From positions 1 through 36,683 of the forward strand of contig JAUXGM010000002.1 in NCBI GenBank assembly GCA_030622125.1: DNA of 36,683 bases, read 5' to 3'. The stretch is from a bacterium. GTDB lineage: Bacteria > AUK180. Shown one piece after another: positions 9,466-18,012 of this stretch. The position numbers were made by a program, and so were the translations under genes. Below the pieces are notes generated by a model. The model ran no database searches. It was not told the origin of the DNA and was given only the letters and a program-made list of their open reading frames with translations. Positions within the stretch are counted from its first letter, which is position 1. Each line of letters starts with the position of its first letter.

Positions 9466-9494
9466 ATTATAACAATATTGAAATAATTTTTCAA
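9466..9494 (-). promoter_or_regulatory. folD sigma70 promoter (TTGAAA-17bp-TATAAT, extended -10)
   Basis: Minus-strand TTGAAA at 9494-9489, extended -10 TGT-TATAAT ending at 9466, 17-bp spacer. Confidence 0.6.
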
Positions 9495-9525
9495 GTGTTT
9501 AAAAATAGTTTTTTGCAATTTTTTC

Positions 9526-10140
9526 CGTCATTCTGATTAAGTGAAACGATTGAAGAATCTATCTTTTGATTTTGCTTCTATTGTTTCTTTGTTTTCTGAA
9601 TTTGCAACTGGATTCCCTTGCTAACTGGGTTCACTCTTTTTCGCTTTGCGAAAAGGGGTGCCCCACTTGACGCCGATGCTATTGTTTTTTTTGTTTTTGG
9701 AGTTTAATATTATTTTTCTTACCAACCTCTAACCTCCAACCTCTAACCTCTTTGATGAGGTATGTCCCTCTTTTATTAGTTACGGAATTTTTAATATTGT
9801 TTTCCGTATCAATGGGTAGACACACAGGTCTACCCCTACAAATAACTGGTGCTTTTGCATTTTAATTCTCAATTCTCAATTGTTAACTCTCAACTATTTT
9901 GTACTCTGTGGTTAATATTTTTACTTAAATTCTGGATTCTTCTTGTGGGCAGTTGTCGTCATTCCAGGTGTAAATACCGAAAACAATAGGGACATCCCTT
10001 AAGAGTTGTGAGTTGCGAGTTATGAGTTTCGAGTTCAAAAGAAAATCCTCCGCTAACAAGCGGGACATACTTCGGATATTCAGGTGTGTCCCAAGATAAA
10101 GAGTGTCCCGTCTAATGAAAGAAAATTCCCGTCATTTTAA
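9526..10140. repeat. Composite intergenic repeat region: CGTC- and GTAG-tagged palindromes, heptamer tandem runs, GGGAC hairpin modules
   Basis: CGTCATT at 9526, 9957 and 10130; hairpin 9632-9660; 7-mer runs at 9722-9750, 9862-9896 and 10003-10037; GTAG-REP 9814-9839; hairpin 10062-10092. Several modules recur at 36477-36683. Confidence 0.8.
9814..9839 (-). repeat. GTAG-tagged REP palindrome
   Basis: Minus strand reads GTAG-GGGTAGAC-CTGTGT-GTCTACCC: a GTAG tetranucleotide abutting a perfect 8-bp stem. Confidence 0.8.
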
Positions 10141-10189
10141 ATTTTGTATTATTAGGGGTTTAGAATTTCGCAAATGGTTCTTTTGGTAT

Positions 10190-10218
10190 TTGCATTTTAA
10201 CATTAAAAATCCTATAAT
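10190..10218 (+). promoter_or_regulatory. Sigma70-type promoter (TTGCAT-17bp-TATAAT), probably leaderless
   Basis: TTGCAT at 10190-10195 and TATAAT at 10213-10218; ATG at 10224; no SD. Confidence 0.6.
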
Positions 10219-10223
10219 TTACT

Positions 10224-12122
10224 ATGAAAAAAAAGAAATGGATCGTATTTACAATAATTGCAGTTATTTACTTGATAACCCTCCCCGGAACCGTTCAAAT
10301 AGGGGATTCCGCAGAATTGATAACAGCATCGCTGACAGATTCATTATCCCATCCCCCAGGTTATAATCTTTACCTTGTTCTGACAAGGACATTATCAATA
10401 CTGATTCCTATTGCAAATAAGGGCTTGCTCTTTAATTTTTTCTCCCTATTATTTACTCTGTTCGGTCTTTTATTTCTTTTGAAAACGGTAGAATTGCTTT
10501 TTAAAAAGGAGGAACTGCTATTCGCTGCGATCCCTATTTTCTTCATTGCCCCTTTTTGGGAAAATTCAACAGTGGCGGAGGTCTACCCCCTCTATTTCGC
10601 TTTACTTTCATTGGGATTTTATCTTTTTGTATCTATAATTAAAGGAAAAAAGAAATTTTTACCGCTTTATTTCTTTATTTCCGGACTTGGAATGATTGCT
10701 CATCAAATGTATATTTTCTTCTTTCTGCCGTCTTTTATTATACTACTTTTAAGGAAGGATCGTTTTAAAATTACATATTTATTGCTGTTATTATTTCCAT
10801 TTTTACTTCACCTTTATCCAATTTTCAGAGCGGAGCATGCTTCTACTTATGTTTGGTCAAGTCCGAATAATTTACGGAAATTTCTCTTTTATTTTTTCAG
10901 AGGACAGTATGAACCAATTTACGGGAATTTTCATCTTATTTTAGATAAAATGAGATATCTTTATAAAATTTTTATTGTAAATTGGGGAATTATTTTCACA
11001 CTGTTATTAACATTCTTTCTTCTATTTATTAAAAGAAAAAAGGATCAGATAATAAATTATACATTTATATTTTTCATTTTTTCCTTTCCATTTATAATTC
11101 TTTTAATACCGGCTGATTATACCTTTAGAAAGGTTGAAATCTTTTTTCAATATATTCCCTCTATTATTCCTTTTGGATTGATACTATTTATTTACCTTCT
11201 GGATCTTTTAAAAAGGAAGGTATATATAATAATTGTTTCATTTATCAGCATTCTTTTTTTTATTCTTTCCGGACCGAATATGCTATTTAGAGATAGTGGA
11301 TTTTATGAGAAATATGGATACGATCTTCTATCAAACCTTCCTAAAAATTCTACACTCATTGTTAAAGGTGATAATCCAACCTTTTCTACCGTCTATTTAA
11401 AATATGTTAAGCACCTTAGAGAAGATATTACAATAATTTCAAGAAATGATATATTAAAGCAATCTATAAAGTTAAAGAAAAATCCACAAAAAGAAATAGA
11501 ACTTTTTGACACTACCGAAAATATCTACTATTCATCTCTAACGGAGATAGATCATATCAATACTAATCTAATCCCTTGCAATCTTTATTATGCAAAGAAT
11601 GGAAGTGAATGTAAAAAAGTAAATATTACCTTAAAAAAATATTATTATGGAACTGCCCTTTCAGCCCTGATATCGACTTATTACTACTTCCTTTATTTAA
11701 GAAACGAAAAAAATGATCATCTGAAAGCCGCTATGAAATTTGGAAAGCATAATGCAGGACTTTTTTACAATCTCGGCTATTTTTCTTATAGAAAAGGTGC
11801 TTTTAAAGATGCGGTAAAATATACGGAACAGGGTTATAGGATAGAAAAAAATCCTTATGGCAGAATAAACCTATTCGGGATATATATTTTTTATTCTCAA
11901 ACACTTTTCAAAGATAAAAAATATCAAGAGGCACTGATCTGTATTGATAAAGCAGAGAAAATAATGGATAATCCCAGTATCTATTTTTACAGGGGAGTTA
12001 TCTATGACCGGATGGGGTATGTTGAAATGTCGAGAGAAAATCTTGAAAAATTTATTTCATCGGACTATCGGGATAATAAAAAAATGAAAGTAGCAAGGTC
12101 AATACTTGAAAATAAAGAATGA
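10224..12122 (+). CDS. DUF2723/TMEM260-like GT-C glycosyltransferase (putative protein O-mannosyltransferase) with C-terminal TPRs
   Basis: GDSAELITAS...SHPPGYNLY, W..STVAEVY, many TM segments, GDN..F motif, C-terminal TPRs (YNLG, YFYRGVIY). Confidence 0.85.
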   Translation: MKKKKWIVFTIIAVIYLITLPGTVQIGDSAELITASLTDSLSHPPGYNLYLVLTRTLSILIPIANKGLLFNFFSLLFTLFGLLFLLKTVELLFKKEELLFAAIPIFFIAPFWENSTVAEVYPLYFALLSLGFYLFVSIIKGKKKFLPLYFFISGLGMIAHQMYIFFFLPSFIILLLRKDRFKITYLLLLLFPFLLHLYPIFRAEHASTYVWSSPNNLRKFLFYFFRGQYEPIYGNFHLILDKMRYLYKIFIVNWGIIFTLLLTFFLLFIKRKKDQIINYTFIFFIFSFPFIILLIPADYTFRKVEIFFQYIPSIIPFGLILFIYLLDLLKRKVYIIIVSFISILFFILSGPNMLFRDSGFYEKYGYDLLSNLPKNSTLIVKGDNPTFSTVYLKYVKHLREDITIISRNDILKQSIKLKKNPQKEIELFDTTENIYYSSLTEIDHINTNLIPCNLYYAKNGSECKKVNITLKKYYYGTALSALISTYYYFLYLRNEKNDHLKAAMKFGKHNAGLFYNLGYFSYRKGAFKDAVKYTEQGYRIEKNPYGRINLFGIYIFYSQTLFKDKKYQEALICIDKAEKIMDNPSIYFYRGVIYDRMGYVEMSRENLEKFISSDYRDNKKMKVARSILENKE

Positions 12123-13607
12123 TCCGTTTATCGTTTTTATCGGTTTTTTCTCTTTCAAGTAATCAAAATAAGGATAATATTTTCCACTTAGATTTGTTGC
12201 CGAGACCATAAGATAGTTGTTCCTATATTTAATGTTATTTATAGAGTTAGTAAATCTTTTTCCATAAGAGACCGAATATAAATTTTTACAATTAAAAAAT
12301 CGTGTTGGTTCATCCGTTCCGAAATAGGAAATAGTATAATTTCCAGGATGCCTTTTTGTCCATTTTTCTAAAAATTTTAACTCTTGTCCCCAATTAAGAT
12401 CACTGTCAACACTAATTCTGTATCGTTTGTTTACAGGAATTATTTCATTGAAATAAGAAAGTAAATTAGGAAGATCACGCACAACAAAGAGAAACATTAT
12501 GCCCAAAATGATATAAATTAAAATTTTGGATTTTAAAAATATTTTTTCTATTCCAGATAGCGCCCATATTAAAAAAATGGTATAACCGGGTAAAAGGTAT
12601 CTTATACCAAGTTGTTTTTTTGAGATTGCAAAAAGAAAAACATTCAAAAGAAGATATATTATTAAAGAACTGTTCTTTTTATTAAAGAATTTTCTGCCAA
12701 ATATAAAAAATGGAATATAGAAGATAGAGAGTTTGAAAAATAGATCAAAGATAAAAAGAGGGCTGCCCTGTTTAAAATTGTGTCCTAAAAAATAAAGTGA
12801 TTTCCCTTCTGATATCTGTTCCATCTGATAAAAAACTGATGAATAAAGATAATGCGGTTTAAATTGATAGGCTAAAAGTATCACAAAAAAACCGATTAAA
12901 ATTGAAATAAGTAGCGCTTTTAATTTATTTTTCAGCTTGAAAAATTGAATCAAAGAAAAGAGGTAAAGTGTAATTCCGGAGAACTTTGACATAAAGCCAA
13001 GGGTTGAAAATAAGATGAGAAGATAGAGTTTTTTTTCATCTCTCATCGGTTTGATAAATATGTAAATTGTTATTAGAGAAAAAAAGTATAACAGATAATC
13101 GCTATTTGCAATTGCAAAAGGGGTTATAAATATCGGTGTAATGGAAAAAAAGAATATACCGAGAACAGCTGTGGATCTCTTCTTAAAATAAACAATAAAA
13201 AGTTTAAAAAGAAAGATAAAAAACAGTATTCCGACAAGAAGAGACGGTAATCTGCCAAGTATTAAAATAGTATCGGAAGAAAATTTATTATGCAAAAAGA
13301 AATCATTTCCGATCTCCCAATCTCTTTTTTTAGAGTAATCAATTTCTCTTTTGCTGAATAAGGATAGGATAGATCCTGAAATATATTTTGAAAGCGGCGG
13401 ATGCCCTTCGTTGATATCAAGCCGACCGTCTTGTATATAAGAAACTCCTGCTGTAAGATGTAATGGCTCATCAAATGTAGCGGAATAATTAAATATCTGC
13501 AGTAATGTAAATAGCACGAAAACCAAAAAAATCAGAGAGATTACTATTTCTTTAGTCTTAAATTTGATTTTTGCTTTCAGTTTTTCCAATTTGTTATTCA
13601 TATTCAT
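12099..13607 (-). CDS. GT-C membrane glycosyltransferase (PMT/ArnT-like)
   Basis: SATFDEPLHLTAG, HPPLSKY, LGIRYLLP, DSDLNWGQEL, many TMs. Start ATG 13607 or 13601, because TTG 13634 falls inside a predicted promoter. Confidence 0.82.
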   Translation of the reverse strand: MNMNNKLEKLKAKIKFKTKEIVISLIFLVFVLFTLLQIFNYSATFDEPLHLTAGVSYIQDGRLDINEGHPPLSKYISGSILSLFSKREIDYSKKRDWEIGNDFFLHNKFSSDTILILGRLPSLLVGILFFIFLFKLFIVYFKKRSTAVLGIFFFSITPIFITPFAIANSDYLLYFFSLITIYIFIKPMRDEKKLYLLILFSTLGFMSKFSGITLYLFSLIQFFKLKNKLKALLISILIGFFVILLAYQFKPHYLYSSVFYQMEQISEGKSLYFLGHNFKQGSPLFIFDLFFKLSIFYIPFFIFGRKFFNKKNSSLIIYLLLNVFLFAISKKQLGIRYLLPGYTIFLIWALSGIEKIFLKSKILIYIILGIMFLFVVRDLPNLLSYFNEIIPVNKRYRISVDSDLNWGQELKFLEKWTKRHPGNYTISYFGTDEPTRFFNCKNLYSVSYGKRFTNSINNIKYRNNYLMVSATNLSGKYYPYFDYLKEKKPIKTINGSFFIFKY

Positions 13608-13619
13608 TTTATCTATAAT

Positions 13620-13648
13620 ATGATAATCTATCAACAGGTTTTTGTCAA
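13620..13648 (-). promoter_or_regulatory. Sigma70-type promoter (TTGACA-17bp-TATCAT)
   Basis: Minus-strand TTGACA at 13648-13643 and TATCAT at 13625-13620. Confidence 0.6.
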
Positions 13649-13667
13649 GAATTGTATTTGACTGATG

Positions 13668-13717
13668 ACTGGTGCTTTTTCCGTATTCCCTTATTACCTT
13701 ATTTCCTTATTTCCGTG
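13668..13717. repeat. Octamer tandem repeat (5 degenerate units) preceded by ACTGGTGCTTTT
   Basis: tttccgta-ttccctta-ttacctta-tttcctta-tttccgtg at 13678-13717; the flanking 12-mer is identical to 9845-9856. Confidence 0.7.
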
Positions 13718-15236
13718 TTTTCTGGTGTTCTCGCAATAATTGCTTAAACAATATTGGATTGGTTTTCTTTAAGATATTCATTTCTGAAAGAAAACTGTTT
13801 TTGTATGAAAAATTATTTTTCCCCTGGATCATTTTAACCATTTCTTTCATCGTCATCTCATAATTGTAAATATCACCGTTTTCCCTATAAATCATTGCTT
13901 CAAAAAGTTCCGGTCCAATATTATACCTGTTTTTTCTATACTTTTTGGAACGTTTTATCGTTTGAAAAGCTAAATTTTTCTTTCCGTTATTGTATTCTAT
14001 CTCGGCAATCTGGATGAACTTCCCCGTAAAACCATATTGATATGAAAACGGTTTCGGAATGATATGTAATAATAAAAAAAAGAGGGAAAAGATAAGAAAA
14101 TTTTTCTTATTTACTTTAAACAGAGATGTAAAAAGTATCGGAACGATAAGTAAAAGCAATTTATATCTCATTGAAAGGAAAAATGGGAGGATTGATATTA
14201 CCAAAAATAATTCAAGAAGGTAAAATTTGAGATGCCTTTTTCTTGCGTTTAAGAGTACAATAAAAAAGATTGAAAAAATAAATGCAAAACCCGGAAGAAA
14301 AAAGAGAAATTTCAGCCGATCCTTTATAAAATAATAGTTAAGATTAAGCGGTGGAGAGTATTCGGATATGGAAAGGTAAAATTTTTTCAAATAAAGAAAA
14401 AATCCTTTTATCGGATGGTAAAAAAGAAAATGGAGTCCTTTTTTAACAAAAAGATGACTTTTTAATTGGTTCAGATTCTCCATATCAGAGGAAAATCCTA
14501 TTATTGGAGTAAATCCGCCGTTACTTGCCTTATTGTTGCCTATAAAAAAGTTAATACCCCCTTGTGAAGAGGTAAGAACGAATCTCTTTTCTATGATAAG
14601 ATTTTTTAAAAAAAAGGGAAAAATTATAATTATTATTCCTAATAGTAACGGTAAGAACCGCTTTTTTCGCAGGATTAAATAAAGAATATAGAGAAATATT
14701 ACGATCAAAAGATTTCCCCGTCCGAGAAAAGAAAGACCCAGGAAAATACCTCCTAATAATGGCTTTCTCTCATTATATAATAAAAATAACAAAAAAAATG
14801 TAATAACAATGATCTCAGGGAGCGGGTAATTTGAGTAAATGATAAATGGAACTGATAATGCATATATTAAAGCCGGAATGATAGGTTTTCCTTTTTCAAA
14901 ATTCTTTTTTGAAATAGAAAAAATAAGATAGATATTCAAAAGATCAAGTCCTATCAAAAAAACTTTTGCGATAATAGAAGCATCAGAAAATAGCGAAAAC
15001 GGAAGACAGAATAGAACACCTAACGGATTTACATAAATCGGAAATTGAAATGAGCGTGCATATTCTATATAATATCTTACATCTAAAGAAGCGGAATAGT
15101 TCCAAAAATAGGGCAGTTTTTTACTAACAATAAAAAAAAGTGCCCTTAAAATGAATCCCAAAAGTAATACTGATATTATCTCATAGCGGGATTTTGAAAG
15201 AGTGTGTATCCATTTTTTTGATAGATTTTTTTCCAA
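13707..15236 (-). CDS. GT-C membrane glycosyltransferase (PMT/ArnT-like)
   Basis: LD..YY loop after TM1, GLSFLGRGN, TSSQGGINFFIGNN, FF..RY motif, polytopic, TPR-like C-terminal helices. Confidence 0.75.
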   Translation of the reverse strand: MEKNLSKKWIHTLSKSRYEIISVLLLGFILRALFFIVSKKLPYFWNYSASLDVRYYIEYARSFQFPIYVNPLGVLFCLPFSLFSDASIIAKVFLIGLDLLNIYLIFSISKKNFEKGKPIIPALIYALSVPFIIYSNYPLPEIIVITFFLLFLLYNERKPLLGGIFLGLSFLGRGNLLIVIFLYILYLILRKKRFLPLLLGIIIIIFPFFLKNLIIEKRFVLTSSQGGINFFIGNNKASNGGFTPIIGFSSDMENLNQLKSHLFVKKGLHFLFYHPIKGFFLYLKKFYLSISEYSPPLNLNYYFIKDRLKFLFFLPGFAFIFSIFFIVLLNARKRHLKFYLLELFLVISILPFFLSMRYKLLLLIVPILFTSLFKVNKKNFLIFSLFFLLLHIIPKPFSYQYGFTGKFIQIAEIEYNNGKKNLAFQTIKRSKKYRKNRYNIGPELFEAMIYRENGDIYNYEMTMKEMVKMIQGKNNFSYKNSFLSEMNILKKTNPILFKQLLREHQKTRK

Positions 15237-16642
15237 TTTCCAAACTCCAATCGGCTTTTAACCGATGTAAATACTGATTTCGCGGAAGGATTATCCAATA
15301 GGTAATCTTTGATAAATAAAAATTTTGTTTTCATTAAAAGATTGGAATTTTTTTCTTCCGATACAAATGTATTTATACTGATTACATTCCCTTTTATAAG
15401 TCCGTATATACTGGGGTCCGTAATAACAACTTGATCTACGATCCTCTCATTTATAAAATCGGCGATCTCTGCAAGAAAATAGTTCGGATTGTAAAAAAGA
15501 ATTATCGAATCAAATCTTTTTTTCTCCCTCCACGATGAAAGACTCAGAAATTTACTTGGATGTGTTTTAAGCAGCAACTTTAAAAAATCGTCAAACAGTA
15601 AATATTTATATCCGGCACTTTTTCCATTTTCAATCACACTATCGAATTCCTTCCAATTATCTTTCTTTAAAAAAGCAAGTTCTCTGGAAATTATAGTTGG
15701 TTCCTTTAATTCCGGCAGATCTTTGATATCTTGAAAATTAACTGATGGAAACGGCAATTTGATGTACCTTCTTTTTGAGTAATCGAATTGATATTTGAGA
15801 TGAAAATTATTAACAAAACCACCGACAAGATTAAATACGGCAAGGACCAAGAAAAGACAGTAAACCCATTTTTTATGATCGAATCTATAAAAACCGTAAA
15901 GTAAAATGAAAAATGAGAGAGAAAAAGGCAGTTCATAAGAATTATTAAGAAAAAACAATATAAATGAGAGTAAAAACAAAATTAAAAGTGATTTCAAATT
16001 TTTGTTCTCAATGAATATTAAAATAAACAAAAGCGGAATAAATATCCCCGTTAGATAAAGTGACTGTAATTTTAATAATGAAAGATCAAAAAAAAGATTC
16101 TTATAAAATATTCCGATAAATACTATATTTAATCCTGCACCGATAATCTTATATATTTTGTTTGCTCTTATAAATAGCAAAAAAAATGGTAAAAATGGAG
16201 AAATGAATGGAGAGAAAACAGCTATAATTCCCCGCACATATTTATTTTTAATAATATCAAAAAGAAAAAAGAAAAGGATACCCAGATGAACAGGGGAGAA
16301 GACCTTTATATACTGATTGATCTGAGGGATTGAAAGGATCACGGCAAGAAAAATAAGTGGTTTTACAGGGTTTTTCTTTTTAAAATACAACAAAAAAAAG
16401 ATGGCAATCAATGATAAAAGTGATAATATTCTCAGCGAATAGAATGAAAAGAAGATCGCGAATAATTTTACCAAAAGAAAATAGAAAAAAGAAAAAGGAA
16501 AAGCAATTTTAAATGAAATGGAAAGAGAAACTCCTTCGGTTGGTGTTATTCCCGGATGTGAAAACCAAAAGATAAGATGAAATATAATCATTAATAAAGA
16601 TAAAGCGATCGCAATTTTTTCTATTATTTGTTTTTTATCCAT
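15176..16642 (-). CDS. Polytopic membrane protein, possibly a divergent GT-C
   Basis: About 9-10 TMs followed by a soluble C-terminal domain; acidic residue in loop 1 (PTEG); LRILS motif; position between GT-C genes. Confidence 0.55.
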   Translation of the reverse strand: MDKKQIIEKIAIALSLLMIIFHLIFWFSHPGITPTEGVSLSISFKIAFPFSFFYFLLVKLFAIFFSFYSLRILSLLSLIAIFFLLYFKKKNPVKPLIFLAVILSIPQINQYIKVFSPVHLGILFFFLFDIIKNKYVRGIIAVFSPFISPFLPFFLLFIRANKIYKIIGAGLNIVFIGIFYKNLFFDLSLLKLQSLYLTGIFIPLLFILIFIENKNLKSLLILFLLSFILFFLNNSYELPFSLSFFILLYGFYRFDHKKWVYCLFLVLAVFNLVGGFVNNFHLKYQFDYSKRRYIKLPFPSVNFQDIKDLPELKEPTIISRELAFLKKDNWKEFDSVIENGKSAGYKYLLFDDFLKLLLKTHPSKFLSLSSWREKKRFDSIILFYNPNYFLAEIADFINERIVDQVVITDPSIYGLIKGNVISINTFVSEEKNSNLLMKTKFLFIKDYLLDNPSAKSVFTSVKSRLEFGNWKKIYQKNGYTLFQNPAMR

Positions 16643-18012
16643 ATATTATACCTCATTCTTTCTCCTATATATGCCCATTCATTCTCAACAAGATATTTTT
16701 TTATATTCTTACCGCCCGGATATTGAGAAAATGATCTTAATATCACTATTTCAATATTATATTTTTTAAAGATCTCTTGGATCTTATTGCCCTGTGCGAC
16801 ATCAATGTAATCAAAAAGTTTCTCTTTGTTGAGATTTATTCCATAGATAAATACCTTTCTTTTCAATTTATAACTTAAAAAACCACCGAGAGAGTAATCA
16901 TTAAAAATGTTTCCCTTTAGATTCAATTCATAAAAAAGTGATCCTATCTTTCCGTCATAAAATTTTGAAATCCCAATTCCCGGATCAACATTTAATCGAT
17001 AGTAGGGGGAAAAAATATTTATTGTATATAGGATAATTAACATTATTATGAGTCCGTATCTTTTTATTTTAGTTGCATTTTTTAAGAATCTATCAATTAC
17101 AAAGATCAGAGATATACCGAAGAACGGAATAAATCTTCTCGCAAATAAGACAGCAATTCCTAAAAATAGAGGGAGAATTATTGTTCTATCCTTTTTATCA
17201 AAATGAAAAATGATCTGAAAAAGGAAAATCATACCAAAAAAGAGAAATAGTATCTTTACAAAGGTTGGTAGAGGTCTGACATTAGAAAAAAGAGGCAGCC
17301 ATTCTCCGATCATAACAGTAAAATCCTTGTTAATAAATGAATTCAAATACTGTTCAATATTTCTAAAAGACGATGGATTAAGCAGTAAGGCAATTATGAT
17401 AATGATTAATTCAAATATCCTGTTCTTATCAAATTTTTTTTCAAAAATAAGCTCTGAAATCAAAATAGAAAGGGGAAAAAATAAGAGAAGCAAGACACCC
17501 TGATGTAACTGATTCCAAACAAGTGTCGTAAAAAAAAGGTATATAAATCTCTTTTTACCGGACAATTTTGTGAATATGTAGTATGAAAATGTAAAAAAGA
17601 ACAGGGAAAATATTTCAGGTTTTGCAAAGATACGGATAGAAATAAGTAGCAATATCAAAGGAAAAACCAAATAGTGAAGATTTAATTTTTTTCTAATAAT
17701 ATAAAAAATAAGAAATAAAACAAGTATTTTTAGTAAAAAGATGCCGATTGCTCCGGAAATTAAATAGATAATATAAAGAATTATATCGGATAAAAAAGAT
17801 TGAAAATAGGGCTTGCCGGGTAATGCGAAAGAAAAAGGATCAAACTTTGGAAAACCATTTTGTAAAAAATATCTTCCATAATCAATATGCCACCAAAAAT
17901 CCGGTGAAACGATCTTAAAAAAAGAAACAGAGAAAATAGTAAACATAGAAAAAATAAGATCCGAGTACTTTTTGAAAAAATTAACCATCTTTCTGCCAAT
18001 AGATATCTTCAT
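16624..18012 (-). CDS. GT-C-like membrane protein (D.WWH...G family)
   Basis: PDFWWHIDYGRY..DPFSF, KPEIFS, WNQLHQG, IGEWLP, RRFIPFF, IFNDYSLGGFL. Alternative start ATG 17988. Confidence 0.7.
   Translation of the reverse strand: MKISIGRKMVNFFKKYSDLIFSMFTIFSVSFFKIVSPDFWWHIDYGRYFLQNGFPKFDPFSFALPGKPYFQSFLSDIILYIIYLISGAIGIFLLKILVLFLIFYIIRKKLNLHYLVFPLILLLISIRIFAKPEIFSLFFFTFSYYIFTKLSGKKRFIYLFFTTLVWNQLHQGVLLLLFFPLSILISELIFEKKFDKNRIFELIIIIIALLLNPSSFRNIEQYLNSFINKDFTVMIGEWLPLFSNVRPLPTFVKILFLFFGMIFLFQIIFHFDKKDRTIILPLFLGIAVLFARRFIPFFGISLIFVIDRFLKNATKIKRYGLIIMLIILYTINIFSPYYRLNVDPGIGISKFYDGKIGSLFYELNLKGNIFNDYSLGGFLSYKLKRKVFIYGINLNKEKLFDYIDVAQGNKIQEIFKKYNIEIVILRSFSQYPGGKNIKKYLVENEWAYIGERMRYNIWIKNK

Noticed and set aside
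9632-9660. Hairpin CACTCTTTTTCGC-TTT-GCGAAAAGGGGTG as an intrinsic terminator
   Set aside because: It lies between divergent genes and has no adjacent U-tract; more likely part of the repeat mosaic.
9495-9700. Folate/ZTP riboswitch upstream of folD
   Set aside because: The predicted promoter lies about 20 nt from the start codon, leaving no room for one, and no riboswitch consensus was recognised. An Rfam scan would settle it.
9519-10223. CRISPR array in the repeat-rich spacer
   Set aside because: No constant 25-40-bp repeat with regular unique spacers, and no cas genes in the window.
10103-10366. 87-aa plus-strand ORF
   Set aside because: It overlaps the promoter and the start of the DUF2723 gene in another frame and has no recognisable motif.
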